The notes under the pieces were generated by a model, which saw only the letters and a list, made by a program, of their open reading frames with translations, was not told the DNA's origin and did not search any database. From Haliotis rufescens (Eukaryota), in the NCBI RefSeq assembly GCF_023055435.1, contig NW_025964223.1, forward strand, positions 49,662,001-49,726,000: 64,000 bases of DNA, written 5' to 3'. A program made the translations under genes and the position numbers. How positions within the stretch are numbered: position 1 is the stretch's first letter; every line of letters starts with the position of its first letter. This document shows, piece by piece, positions 23,728-37,603 of this stretch.

Positions 23728-24952
23728 TTTTGCTGTGCGATTCCCACTTTTTTTCCTTTTTCGACCATAAGGTGCACTTGCCTCATTCACATCTGATGTA
23801 ATCATACACTTTTATTTCCTTGTAAATGGCCCCACTCATGCATGTCTGCTCAAAGACATAGCTGCCAGCCATGTATTCTTACATACCTTTACAGAAAGGA
23901 ATTTTCCACTATACATGTGATCATATTCAGTTGTCAGTTCACCCAACTCGTCAACTATTCTGAAGGCATGTACGTCCTTTTCGCCACATAAAGGTGTTTG
24001 CGTGCACCGATAATTGACTATTTTACTTACTTTCTTACTTTCAAAGCATGAATATATAATATATACATGTAAAATTATAATGTTGTTCGTGTTAAGTCTC
24101 GGCTCACATCTCTTTGCCTACACAGATAAGAAAAGGAGAAAGAGTTAGATCGTACAGAGCGCCTGTCAATAGGAGTTCACTGGCTTGCTGCTGGAAAATG
24201 TATTTTGAAAGCTGTGAGCAAGCTGATCACTGTTGACACGCTTTAAAAATATGAAAAAAAAACGACGCGACTGTGTGATAAACCAGCTATTTTATGTTCC
24301 CCGTTCTAGCTGATCGCTGGCAAACGTACTTTAGACTTATTAGAAAGTATTTCCATACATTTCTCTCGCCATACAACAGGTAGATGTGACATGTTGCAGG
24401 TAGGGGGCTAGGCGAAACGCACACGACCAAGGGCGCACAACTCTTGGCGCTCTATTTGAAAAGTCGTGCACAGGCGAGGCGTGTGTCGGTAAAACACCCC
24501 GTGGATGTCTGGCCTTTATCGCCGTTTTACACCTTTGAACACAACGTGCATGTGCAGCTACACACATAGGAAGTCTGCACTCAGGATATTATATATATCA
24601 ACGACACTAATCGCCTCACTTTCCAACATACACCCATTTGGGGGGTTAATAAACAAGCATAACAACAGTCATTAGTGTGAAGACACACTACCCCACCCCC
24701 CCATCCCCCCCCACACACACAATAAAATCCCTGACATACCTTTATCAACATCACCTATGTGTGTTATGTGCGTGGTGGGTGTTGCTGCCACGTTATCTCT
24801 GTTATCACGAGAACCTGCACTTTATTACTGCTAATATACATATTTATTGTTTTGTTATCAGTGTTTTCAAGTTTTCTTTTGGGGTATTTGGATGGCCCTG
24901 AAAAGGGCCTTTGGACCACAGAAATGTGGAGCGAAGGCGTGACAATGAGAGC

Positions 24953-25516
24953 TTAAGCCTTCTTTGGCTTGACTGCCTTCTTCTTGGGGGTCTTGACCTT
25001 CTTGGGTTTGGCTGCTGCCTTCTTGGGTGTCTTCGCCTTCTTGGGCTTGGCTGCAGCCTTCACCTTCTTTGGTGACTTAGCGGCCTTCTTAGCGGCTGTT
25101 TTGGGTTTCTTGGCAGCAGCTGGCTTCTTGACTTTCTTGGGGGATTTGGCAGCCTTCTTTGGTTTGGCAGCTGCCTTAGCCTTCTTGGGTTTTTCGTCTT
25201 TCTTTGCCTCGCCAAGACGGAATGATCCAGCGGCTCCAGTTCCCTTTGATTGCTTCAGTGCGCCGTTCTTGACTCCATTTTTCAAAGCAGTCTTGATGCG
25301 AGCATTGATGGCCACCTGGTTGTCACCAACCTTGTAGTTGGCCAAGATGTATTTCAGAACAGCCTGTCGGGAAGAACCACCCCTCTCCTTCAGGGTTGAA
25401 ATAGCTTTCTTGATCATCTCCAAATAGGTAGGATGTGCGGCAGCCTTCTTAGGCTTGGCAGCAGCCTTCTTCTTGGGAGTCTTGACAACAGCGGGGGCAG
25501 CAGCAGCAGCAGCCAT
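24953..25516 (-). CDS. H1: Linker histone H1 (D3A variant)
   Basis: Starts MAAAAAAP, otherwise the same protein. Confidence 0.99.
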   Translation of the reverse strand: MAAAAAAPAVVKTPKKKAAAKPKKAAAHPTYLEMIKKAISTLKERGGSSRQAVLKYILANYKVGDNQVAINARIKTALKNGVKNGALKQSKGTGAAGSFRLGEAKKDEKPKKAKAAAKPKKAAKSPKKVKKPAAAKKPKTAAKKAAKSPKKVKAAAKPKKAKTPKKAAAKPKKVKTPKKKAVKPKKA

Positions 25517-26614
25517 AGTGGTAAGTTTGAGTGGTAAAAATTCACGTCAGCTACGAGAGAAGCACAGAGAGCGAATGACACTTCCCCACAGACAGCCCGG
25601 CTGATACTCCGGAGGCGCGGACGTCGGAGGAGACACCCTGCTTGTTGTGGCTGATAGCTGCACGCTTACAAGCGCGTGTGCTTTTTCGTGTATTTGTATC
25701 CGAATAATCACTTCTTAATCAAGGAAAGTTTCAATTTCAACAATACAGTTAGGTAGTAAAAACATTTGGCTACATTTCGGTTACAATAGCAACGCTCACG
25801 GGTGAAGTTCAAAGCCACACGTGCTGTTTCCAATGAAGCGACCCAGTCTAAAATGTAGACATCGCTACTTTCAAAAGCACATTTTTAGCCTTGAGACTCA
25901 AGTTTATGCATTTTAAACGTTGCCTGTCAATTCTCAATATATCTAACTATGAAAGTAAAACACAACACTCATCAGTATTGCCTATGATAAGCTAGAACAA
26001 GCTTTCAAACAACGACAATGAAGCACGTTTTTCTGACGACTTCGCCATTTTGCAACAGAAAACATTTGACACTATATTTCTGGAGACATAATTTTGGTCA
26101 CTTCAATTAGAGTTGAAACTAACTTTGTCATAACAAGTAAGTAACGGGGATTTTACTTTCAGGAAAACAGTCTAGTAAGACGAGGATCTCGGGACACAAG
26201 CAGCTAGGGCGCGAAGCCCCGAACAGTGACATATATACATTGGTGTTTAGATCACTCGATCGGTCGTCACAGATTAAGTCTTTTTGCCTGTCTTAATAGC
26301 ACGATATTAGTAGGGGTCTTCGTCGTTTGGATGTTAATTTAACCAGAACAATATAGGCTACCATCCATCAACGAAAAGTGAATGTTTCAGACGAAAGGCC
26401 GGATCGAGTGAGCGAGTGTGCCGGGCCTCGTGTTAAACAGTGATCACATGTTTTTAGAACGGCTAGATTTTAATCCCTGTAAATATACATCATAAATCAA
26501 CAAACACAACATGTCTACTGAACCCGCTGAAAACGCGAGCATGCTGTTTTCATGGCAATGTCTGTTTACCAATGTGTGGTGGCTATATGTAGCTAAAGTT
26601 TGCCGACAAGCATT

Positions 26615-26734
26615 GTCTACGGCCATACCACGTTGAAAACACCGGTTCTCGTCCGATCACCGAAGTTAAGCAACGTCGGGCCCGGAGAGTACTTGGATGG
26701 GTGACCGCCTGGGAACACCGGGTGCAGTAGACAT
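26615..26734 (+). rRNA. 5S: 5S rRNA
   Basis: As 2333..2452. Confidence 0.99.
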
Positions 26735-27960
26735 TTTTGCTGTGCGATTCCCACTTTTTTTCCTTTTTCGACCATAAGGTGCACTTGCCTCATTCACATC
26801 TGATGTAATCATACACTTTTATTTCCTTGTAAATGGCCCCACTCATGCATGTCTGCTCAAAGACATAGCTGCCAGCCATGTATTCTTACATACCTTTACA
26901 GAAAGGAATTTTCCACTATACATGTGATCATATTCAGTTGTCAGTTCACCCAACTCGTCAACTATTCTGAAGGCATGTACGTCCTTTTCGCCACATAAAG
27001 GTGTTTGCGTGCACCGATAATTGACTATTTTACTTACTTTCTTACTTTCAAAGCATGAATATATAATATATACATGTAAAATTATAATGTTGTTCGTGTT
27101 AAGTCTCGGCTCACATCTCTTTGCCTACACAGATAAGAAAAGGAGAAAGAGTTAGATCGTACAGAGCGCCTGTCAATAGGAGTTCACTGGCTTGCTGCTG
27201 GAAAATGTATTTTGAAAGCTGTGAGCAAGCTGATCACTGTTGACACGCTTTAAAAATATGAAAAAAAAACGACGCGACTGTGTGATAAACCAGCTATTTT
27301 ATGTTCCCCGTTCTAGCTGATCGCTGGCAAACGTACTTTAGACTTATTAGAAAGTATTTCCATACATTTCTCTCGCCATACAACAGGTAGATGTGACATG
27401 TTGCAGGTAGGGGGCTAGGCGAAACGCACACGACCAAGGGCGCACAACTCTTGGCGCTCTATTTGAAAAGTCGTGCACAGGCGAGGCGTGTGTCGGTAAA
27501 ACACCCCGTGGATGTCTGGCCTTTATCGCCGTTTTACACCTTTGAACACAACGTGCATGTGCAGCTACACACATAGGAAGTCTGCACTCAGGATATTATA
27601 TATATCAACGACACTAATCGCCTCACTTTCCAACATACACCCATTTGGGGGGTTAATAAACAAGCATAACAACAGTCATTAGTGTGAAGACACACTACCC
27701 CACCCCCCCATCCCCCCCCCACACACACAATAAAATCCCTGACATACCTTTATCAACATCACCTATGTGTGTTATGTGCGTGGTGGGTGTTGCTGCCACG
27801 TTATCTCTGTTATCACGAGAACCTGCACTTTATTACTGCTAATATACATATTTATTGTTTTGTTATCAGTGTTTTCAAGTTTTCTTTTGGGGTATTTGGA
27901 TGGCCCTGAAAAGGGCCTTTGGACCACAGAAATGTGGAGCGAAGGCGTGACAATGAGAGC

Positions 27961-28524
27961 TTAAGCCTTCTTTGGCTTGACTGCCTTCTTCTTGGGGGTC
28001 TTGACCTTCTTGGGTTTGGCTGCTGCCTTCTTGGGTGTCTTCGCCTTCTTGGGCTTGGCTGCAGCCTTCACCTTCTTTGGTGACTTAGCGGCCTTCTTAG
28101 CGGCTGTTTTGGGTTTCTTGGCAGCAGCTGGCTTCTTGACTTTCTTGGGGGATTTGGCAGCCTTCTTTGGTTTGGCAGCTGCCTTAGCCTTCTTGGGTTT
28201 TTCGTCTTTCTTTGCCTCGCCAAGACGGAATGATCCAGCGGCTCCAGTTCCCTTTGATTGCTTCAGTGCGCCGTTCTTGACTCCATTTTTCAAAGCAGTC
28301 TTGATGCGAGCATTGATGGCCACCTGGTTGTCACCAACCTTGTAGTTGGCCAAGATGTATTTCAGAACAGCCTGTCGGGAAGAACCACCCCTCTCCTTCA
28401 GGGTTGAAATAGCTTTCTTGATCATCTCCAAATAGGTAGGATGTGCGGCAGCCTTCTTAGGCTTGGCAGCAGCCTTCTTCTTGGGAGTCTTGACAACAGC
28501 GGGGGCAGCAGCAGCATCAGCCAT
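27961..28524 (-). CDS. H1: Linker histone H1
   Basis: Same protein as 671..1234. Confidence 0.99.
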   Translation of the reverse strand: MADAAAAPAVVKTPKKKAAAKPKKAAAHPTYLEMIKKAISTLKERGGSSRQAVLKYILANYKVGDNQVAINARIKTALKNGVKNGALKQSKGTGAAGSFRLGEAKKDEKPKKAKAAAKPKKAAKSPKKVKKPAAAKKPKTAAKKAAKSPKKVKAAAKPKKAKTPKKAAAKPKKVKTPKKKAVKPKKA

Positions 28525-29622
28525 AGTGGTAAGTTTGAGTGGTAAAAATTCACGTCAGCTACGAGAGAAGCACAGAGAGCGAATGACACTTCCCCACAGA
28601 CAGCCCGGCTGATACTCCGGAGGCGCGGACGTCGGAGGAGACACCCTGCTTGTTGTGGCTGATAGCTGCACGCTTACAAGCGCGTGTGCTTTTTCGTGTA
28701 TTTGTATCCGAATAATCACTTCTTAATCAAGGAAAGTTTCAATTTCAACAATACAGTTAGGTAGTAAAAACATTTGGCTACATTTCGGTTACAATAGCAA
28801 CGCTCACGGGTGAAGTTCAAAGCCACACGTGCTGTTTCCAATGAAGCGACCCAGTCTAAAATGTAGACATCGCTACTTTCAAAAGCACATTTTTAGCCTT
28901 GAGACTCAAGTTTATGCATTTTAAACGTTGCCTGTCAATTCTCAATATATCTAACTATGAAAGTAAAACACAACACTCATCAGTATTGCCTATGATAAGC
29001 TAGAACAAGCTTTCAAACAACGACAATGAAGCACGTTTTTCTGACGACTTCGCCATTTTGCAACAGAAAACATTTGACACTATATTTCTGGAGACATAAT
29101 TTTGGTCACTTCAATTAGAGTTGAAACTAACTTTGTCATAACAAGTAAGTAACGGGGATTTTACTTTCAGGAAAACAGTCTAGTAAGACGAGGATCTCGG
29201 GACACAAGCAGCTAGGGCGCGAAGCCCCGAACAGTAACATATATACATTGGTGTTTAGATCACTCGATCGGTCGTCACAGATTAAGTCTTTTTGCCTGTC
29301 TTAATAGCACGATATTAGTAGGGGTCTTCGTCGTTTGGATGTTAATTTAACCAGAACAATATAGGCTACCATCCATCAACGAAAAGTGAATGTTTCAGAC
29401 GAAAGGCCGGATCGAGTGAGCGAGTGTGCCGGGCCTCGTGTTAAACAGTGATCACATGTTTTTAGAACGGCTAGATTTTAATCCCTGTAAATATACATCA
29501 TAAATCAACAAACACAACATGTCTACTGAACCCGCTGAAAACGCGAGCATGCTGTTTTCATGGCAATGTCTGTTTACCAATGTGTGGTGGCTATATGTAG
29601 CTAAAGTTTGCCGACAAGCATT

Positions 29623-29742
29623 GTCTACGGCCATACCACGTTGAAAACACCGGTTCTCGTCCGATCACCGAAGTTAAGCAACGTCGGGCCCGGAGAGTAC
29701 TTGGATGGGTGACCGCCTGGGAACACCGGGTGCAGTAGACAT
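29623..29742 (+). rRNA. 5S: 5S rRNA
   Basis: As 2333..2452. Confidence 0.99.
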
Positions 29743-30967
29743 TTTTGCTGTGCGATTCCCACTTTTTTTCCTTTTTCGACCATAAGGTGCACTTGCCTCA
29801 TTCACATCTGATGTAATCATACACTTTTATTTCCTTGTAAATGGCCCCACTCATGCATGTCTGCTCAAAGACATAGCTGCCAGCCATGTATTCTTACATA
29901 CCTTTACAGAAAGGAATTTTCCACTATACATGTGATCATATTCAGTTGTCAGTTCACCCAACTCGTCAACTATTCTGAAGGCATGTACGTCCTTTTCGCC
30001 ACATAAAGGTGTTTGCGTGCACCGATAATTGACTATTTTACTTACTTTCTTACTTTCAAAGCATGAATATATAATATATACATGTAAAATTATAATGTTG
30101 TTCGTGTTAAGTCTCGGCTCACATCTCTTTGCCTACACAGATAAGAAAAGGAGAAAGAGTTAGATCGTACAGAGCGCCTGTCAATAGGAGTTCACTGGCT
30201 TGCTGCTGGAAAATGTATTTTGAAAGCTGTGAGCAAGCTGATCACTGTTGACACGCTTTAAAAATATGAAAAAAAAACGACGCGACTGTGTGATAAACCA
30301 GCTATTTTATGTTCCCCGTTCTAGCTGATCGCTGGCAAGCGTACTTTAGACTTATTAGAAAGTATTTCCATACATTTCTCTCGCCATACAACAGGTAGAT
30401 GTGACATGTTGCAGGTAGGGGGCTAGGCGAAACGCACACGACCAAGGGCGCACAACTCTTGGCGCTCTATTTGAAAAGTCGTGCACAGGCGAGGCGTGTG
30501 TCGGTAAAACACCCCGTGGATGTCTGGCCTTTATCGCCGTTTTACACCTTTGAACACAACGTGCATGTGCAGCTACACACATAGGAAGTCTGCACTCAGG
30601 ATATTATATATATCAACGACACTAATCGCCTCACTTTCCAACATACACCCATTTGGGGGGTTAATAAACAAGCATAACAACAGTCATTAGTGTGAAGACA
30701 CACTACCCCACCCCCCCATCCCCCCCCACACACACAATAAAATCCCTGACATACCTTTATCAACATCACCTATGTGTGTTATGTGCGTGGTGGGTGTTGC
30801 TGCCACGTTATCTCTGTTATCACGAGAACCTGCACTTTATTACTGCTAATATACATATTTATTGTTTTGTTATCAGTGTTTTCAAGTTTTCTTTTGGGGT
30901 ATTTGGATGGCCCTGAAAAGGGCCTTTGGACCACAGAAATGTGGAGCGAAGGCGTGACAATGAGAGC

Positions 30968-31531
30968 TTAAGCCTTCTTTGGCTTGACTGCCTTCTTCTT
31001 GGGGGTCTTGACCTTCTTGGGTTTGGCTGCTGCCTTCTTGGGTGTCTTCGCCTTCTTGGGCTTGGCTGCAGCCTTCACCTTCTTTGGTGACTTAGCGGCC
31101 TTCTTAGCGGCTGTTTTGGGTTTCTTGGCAGCAGCTGGCTTCTTGACTTTCTTGGGGGATTTGGCAGCCTTCTTTGGTTTGGCAGCTGCCTTAGCCTTCT
31201 TGGGTTTTTCGTCTTTCTTTGCCTCGCCAAGACGGAATGATCCAGCGGCTCCAGTTCCCTTTGATTGCTTCAGTGCGCCGTTCTTGACTCCATTTTTCAA
31301 AGCAGTCTTGATGCGAGCATTGATGGCCACCTGGTTGTCACCAACCTTGTAGTTGGCCAAGATGTATTTCAGAACAGCCTGTCGGGAAGAACCACCCCTC
31401 TCCTTCAGGGTTGAAATAGCTTTCTTGATCATCTCCAAATAGGTAGGATGTGCGGCAGCCTTCTTAGGCTTGGCAGCAGCCTTCTTCTTGGGAGTCTTGA
31501 CAACAGCGGGGGCAGCAGCAGCAGCAGCCAT
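30968..31531 (-). CDS. H1: Linker histone H1 (D3A variant)
   Basis: Starts MAAAAAAP, otherwise the same protein. Confidence 0.99.
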   Translation of the reverse strand: MAAAAAAPAVVKTPKKKAAAKPKKAAAHPTYLEMIKKAISTLKERGGSSRQAVLKYILANYKVGDNQVAINARIKTALKNGVKNGALKQSKGTGAAGSFRLGEAKKDEKPKKAKAAAKPKKAAKSPKKVKKPAAAKKPKTAAKKAAKSPKKVKAAAKPKKAKTPKKAAAKPKKVKTPKKKAVKPKKA

Positions 31532-32630
31532 AGTGGTAAGTTTGAGTGGTAAAAATTCACGTCAGCTACGAGAGAAGCACAGAGAGCGAATGACACTTCC
31601 CCACAGACAGCCCGGCTGATACTCCGGAGGCGCGGACGTCGGAGGAGACACCCTGCTTGTTGTGGCTGATAGCTGCACGCTTACAAGCGCGTGTGCTTTT
31701 TCGTGTATTTGTATCCGAATAATCACTTCTTAATCAAGGAAAGTTTCAATTTCAACAATACAGTTAGGTAGTAAAAACATTTGGCTACATTTCGGTTACA
31801 ATAGCAACGCTCACGGGTGAAGTTCAAAGCCACACGTGCTGTTTCCAATGAAGCGACCCAGTCTAAAATGTAGACATCGCTACTTTCAAAAGCACATTTT
31901 TAGCCTTGAGACTCAAGTTTATGCATTTTAAACGTTGCCTGTCAATTCTCAATATATCTAACTATGAAAGTAAAACACAACACTCATCAGTATTGCCTAT
32001 GATAAGCTAGAACAAGCTTTCAAACAACGACAATGAAGCACGTTTTTCTGACGACTTCGCCATTTTGCAACAGAAAACATTTGACACTATATTTCTGGAG
32101 ACATAATTTTGGTCACTTCAATTAGAGTTGAAACTAACTTTGTCATAACAAGTAAGTAACGGGGATTTTACTTTCAGGAAAACAGTCTAGTAAGACGAGG
32201 ATCTCGGGACACAAGCAGCTAGGGCGCGAAGCCCCGAACAGTAACATATATACATTGGTGTTTAGATCACTCGATCGGTCGTCACAGATTAAGTCTTTTT
32301 GCCTGTCTTAATAGCACGATATTAGTAGGGGTCTTCGTCGTTTGGATGTTAATTTAACCAGAACAATATAGGCTACCATCCATCAACGAAAAGTGAATGT
32401 TTCAGACGAAAGGCCGGATCGAGTGAGCGAGTGTGCCGGGCCTCGTGTTAAACAGTGATCACATGTTTTTAGAACGGCTAGATTTTAATCCCTGTAAATA
32501 TACATCATAAATCAACAAACACAACATGTCTACTGAACCCGCTGAAAACGCGAGCATGCTGTTTTCATGGCAATGTCTGTTTACCAATGTGTGGTGGCTA
32601 TATGTAGCTAAAGTTTGCCGACAAGCATTG

Positions 32631-35600
32631 CATACCAGTAGCTCACCAACTAAACCACCAGGTACAAAACCTAGTTAAAATAGCAAAAACTAGAGACTGG
32701 AAAAAATTCTGTGAGGGATTAAACAACCGTACAGACGCCAGAACGGTCTGGCGTAAAATCCACGCCGTTAGAGGCCTAAAACGTCACCAAAAGACACCTA
32801 ACATAAATAACTCAACAACCCCTAGCGAAAAAGCAGACAACCTAGCAAACCACTTTTCGGCCACAAGCAGTAATAACAATTTCAGTGACAAATTCCAACT
32901 AAAACTTAAAACAGAAACCAAACCTAGCCAAGACCCAAATAATGACGCCCTAGAAATAAATCAGCCGTACACAATAGAAGAACTCAATTATGTACTCCAA
33001 AATAGGAAAAAGGGAACAGCCCCAGGACTAGACCTAACCTCCTACCAAATATTAAAAAAACTCCCCCCTAAATTACTCCAGACACTACTCAAACTATATA
33101 ACCTAATCTACATAAAAGGCCATGTACCAACCCCCTGGAAAGAGGCGCTAATCATACCTATTCCCAAACCCGGTAAACCAACCAACCAAGCTAACTCTTA
33201 TAGACCAATCTCTCTTACTTCCAACCTTTGCAAAGTAATGGAATCCATGGCCAAAAATAGACTTCAACACTATCTATCTCAAAATAACATAATAAACTCA
33301 GATCAAAGCGGTTTCACTCCTGGCCGCTCCACCCTAGATAACCTCGCTCGTCTCGAACAGGATATTAAAACCGGTCAACTAAACAAACAATACACAACAG
33401 GCATCTTTCTGGACTTCTCTAAAGCCTTTGATATGGTATGGCATAACGGATTAATCCAAAAACTTAAAAAAATAGGACTTAAAGGTCAAATCGTAAACTA
33501 CATCCAAAGCTTCCTCCAAAACCGCAAAATTACAGTGGGTATAGACCAGGCCTTGTCAGAGCAGTGTCCCCTGGAAAACGGCACCCCTCAAGGCAGCATT
33601 CTTAGCCCCACACTTTTTAACATAATGATAAACGACCTATTTGATGGCTTATCCCCCAAAATAAACACCTCAAAATTTGCGGATGACGGAGCCCTATGGA
33701 TCCGCTCCAAAAGTATCTTAACATCTCAGGACTTACTACAAAAATCCCTAAACAAAATACAAAACTGGGCAGACAAATGGGGCTTCTCCCTAAACTCCGA
33801 AAAAACGACAGGAATAGTATTCAAACACAAAAATATGAGACGGGCCTCCCCTCTCCTCAAACTAAACAATAAACCAATCATATTTCAAAAGCAAACTAAA
33901 TTCCTAGGTCTAATCTTCGACGAGCATCTCTCCTGGGATGCTCACGTCCAAAACCTAACCACCAGATGTAACAAAGATCTAAACACACTAAGATGCCTAA
34001 CCGGCTCCAACTGGGGAGCCTCTAAAGATACCCTCCTCAGCCTCTACACATCCCTAATCAGATCTAAACTAGACTACGGCTGTGCCATATACGATACCCT
34101 AAACGAAACCCTAACCAAAAAACTAGATTCAATACAATATCAAGCCCTCAAACTAGTAACACGTACTCAACATGGCACCTCCCTCACATCACTTCAGGCC
34201 CTTACAGGAGAAATGCCACTAAATTTACGTAGACAACACTTAACACTAAACTTCTGGGCAGCATCTCAATCAAACCCCCTTCTCCAAAACATGCTAAACC
34301 AAAACATACGTCCCCAAAACCAGGCACTAACTAGAAAACACCCTCTACTCACCCCAATATCCCAACGAATAATAAACTACCATAACGAACACCAAATAGG
34401 AAACCAACAACAAAACTGCAAACAATCAAACGTATTCACCCCAAAACTTAAAATCCCCAAAATAGACACATCCCTAGCCAACACAATAAACAAACAAACC
34501 GACCCAAACCTAGCTAAAAGCACATCACTAGCTTACATCCATCAAAAATGGCCAAATTGGTGTCACATATACACAGACGGATCCGCTGATCCGATCACAA
34601 ATCACACAGGTTTCGGAGTCCATATAGCCCAACCAGTCAAAAATACTCAATCCTTCCGACTCCCAAACAACCAATCTATATTCACCGCAGAGCTCATGGG
34701 TATCGCCACGGCGCTCCACAGCCATCACACCAAAAACCAAAAAAAAATCTTAATACTCTCAGACTCACTAAGCGGACTTCAGGCCCTCCAAAACAAAAAC
34801 ACCAAAAACCGCCCCAAATTAATAAACCAAATTCTCAAAAGCGTAAACAAACTAACAGAGGCAGGCAAAAACATACAACTTATCTGGATACCAGCTCACG
34901 TAGGAATTTACGGGAATGAAAACGCAGACAGAGCCGCAAAACAATCCCTAAAAATACCAGACATAAGCCTTAAGCTACCAATATCTAAAGCAGAAATCAA
35001 AAGTATAAACAAACGTAAAATCACCCAAAAATGGCATAACCTCTATCAAAACACAAAAACCCAAATCCTAAAAACCCTCAAAAAACCCCTCACCAAACCA
35101 AAAATCCTCCATCCCTCCAAAAAAATCGATAGAATAATCACCAAACTCCAAACAGGACACACCAAACTAAATAACCACCTTCTAAAACTAAAAAAACACG
35201 CAAACGGGAAGTGCCCACACTGCACTCACCCAGAAACAATAGACCACGTACTACTACATTGCACCCACTACCTCACACAACGTACAACATTACAAACCAA
35301 CCTAAATCCAAATAACGCTCTTACCTTAGAAGCAATCCTTAACCCCCAAAATAAAATAGAAAACTTCAAAGCCCTAGGCATTTACCTAACCAAAACAGAA
35401 CTAATTAACCGTATTTAAAACTTCACTAAACCACCAACACTAAACATCCAAAAAACATCAACTCACCCCCACACACTCCCTTAGTCCCAACCACTCCCCC
35501 AAGGCATGTATTCCAAATCTCAAAATTTCAAAACTTTATATAAGCAACCACTAAACCCCCCTCCTTGGTTGCACTCCTCTCGCTACCACTTTTATACCAC

Positions 35601-35684
35601 TAAATGGCCCGGCCGGGCCCGTGTGCGAAATACGCTCCAGTCGGAAAGCGCACGTAAAATCTCCTAATATAAGTAAGTAAGTAA
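32631..35684 (+). mobile_element. 5'-truncated LINE copy (3,054 bp, subfamily A) inserted at the 5S 5' end
   Basis: Matches the full element from ~19242 to its 3' end; 11-bp TSD GACAAGCATTG at 32620-32630 and 35685-35695; 3054+11+3007 equals the observed spacing of 6072. Confidence 0.97.
33238..35418 (+). pseudogene. Truncated ORF2 (RT, RNase H, CCHC; no endonuclease), frame still open
   Basis: 726 aa from an internal Met, near-identical to the C-terminal part of full ORF2. Confidence 0.85.
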
Positions 35685-35694
35685 GACAAGCATT

Positions 35695-35814
35695 GTCTAC
35701 GGCCATACCACGTTGAAAACACCGGTTCTCGTCCGATCACCGAAGTTAAGCAACGTCGGGCCCGGAGAGTACTTGGATGGGTGACCGCCTGGGAACACCG
35801 GGTGCAGTAGACAT
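35695..35814 (+). rRNA. 5S: 5S rRNA, intact, 10 bp downstream of a LINE tail
   Basis: As 2333..2452; native flank upstream of -10 displaced by the LINE. Confidence 0.98.
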
Positions 35815-37039
35815 TTTTGCTGTGCGATTCCCACTTTTTTTCCTTTTTCGACCATAAGGTGCACTTGCCTCATTCACATCTGATGTAATCATACACTTTT
35901 ATTTCCTTGTAAATGGCCCCACTCATGCATGTCTGCTCAAAGACATAGCTGCCAGCCATGTATTCTTACATACCTTTACAGAAAGGAATTTTCCACTATA
36001 CATGTGATCATATTCAGTTGTCAGTTCACCCAACTCGTCAACTATTCTGAAGGCATGTACGTCCTTTTCGCCACATAAAGGTGTTTGCGTGCACCGATAA
36101 TTGACTATTTTACTTACTTTCTTACTTTCAAAGCATGAATATATAATATATACATGTAAAATTATAATGTTGTTCGTGTTAAGTCTCGGCTCACATCTCT
36201 TTGCCTACACAGATAAGAAAAGGAGAAAGAGTTAGATCGTACAGAGCGCCTGTCAATAGGAGTTCACTGGCTTGCTGCTGGAAAATGTATTTTGAAAGCT
36301 GTGAGCAAGCTGATCACTGTTGACACGCTTTAAAAATATGAAAAAAAAACGACGCGACTGTGTGATAAACCAGCTATTTTATGTTCCCCGTTCTAGCTGA
36401 TCGCTGGCAAGCGTACTTTAGACTTATTAGAAAGTATTTCCATACATTTCTCTCGCCATACAACAGGTAGATGTGACATGTTGCAGGTAGGGGGCTAGGC
36501 GAAACGCACACGACCAAGGGCGCACAACTCTTGGCGCTCTATTTGAAAAGTCGTGCACAGGCGAGGCGTGTGTCGGTAAAACACCCCGTGGATGTCTGGC
36601 CTTTATCGCCGTTTTACACCTTTGAACACAACGTGCATGTGCAGCTACACACATAGGAAGTCTGCACTCAGGATATTATATATATCAACGACACTAATCG
36701 CCTCACTTTCCAACATACACCCATTTGGGGGGTTAATAAACAAGCATAACAACAGTCATTAGTGTGAAGACACACTACCCCACCCCCCCATCCCCCCCCA
36801 CACACACAATAAAATCCCTGACATACCTTTATCAACATCACCTATGTGTGTTATGTGCGTGGTGGGTGTTGCTGCCACGTTATCTCTGTTATCACGAGAA
36901 CCTGCACTTTATTACTGCTAATATACATATTTATTGTTTTGTTATCAGTGTTTTCAAGTTTTCTTTTGGGGTATTTGGATGGCCCTGAAAAGGGCCTTTG
37001 GACCACAGAAATGTGGAGCGAAGGCGTGACAATGAGAGC

Positions 37040-37603
37040 TTAAGCCTTCTTTGGCTTGACTGCCTTCTTCTTGGGGGTCTTGACCTTCTTGGGTTTGGCT
37101 GCTGCCTTCTTGGGTGTCTTCGCCTTCTTGGGCTTGGCTGCAGCCTTCACCTTCTTTGGTGACTTAGCGGCCTTCTTAGCGGCTGTTTTGGGTTTCTTGG
37201 CAGCAGCTGGCTTCTTGACTTTCTTGGGGGATTTGGCAGCCTTCTTTGGTTTGGCAGCTGCCTTAGCCTTCTTGGGTTTTTCGTCTTTCTTTGCCTCGCC
37301 AAGACGGAATGATCCAGCGGCTCCAGTTCCCTTTGATTGCTTCAGTGCGCCGTTCTTGACTCCATTTTTCAAAGCAGTCTTGATGCGAGCATTGATGGCC
37401 ACCTGGTTGTCACCAACCTTGTAGTTGGCCAAGATGTATTTCAGAACAGCCTGTCGGGAAGAACCACCCCTCTCCTTCAGGGTTGAAATAGCTTTCTTGA
37501 TCATCTCCAAATAGGTAGGATGTGCGGCAGCCTTCTTAGGCTTGGCAGCAGCCTTCTTCTTGGGAGTCTTGACAACAGCGGGGGCAGCAGCAGCATCAGC
37601 CAT
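37040..37603 (-). CDS. H1: Linker histone H1
   Basis: Same protein as 671..1234. Confidence 0.99.
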   Translation of the reverse strand: MADAAAAPAVVKTPKKKAAAKPKKAAAHPTYLEMIKKAISTLKERGGSSRQAVLKYILANYKVGDNQVAINARIKTALKNGVKNGALKQSKGTGAAGSFRLGEAKKDEKPKKAKAAAKPKKAAKSPKKVKKPAAAKKPKTAAKKAAKSPKKVKAAAKPKKAKTPKKAAAKPKKVKTPKKKAVKPKKA

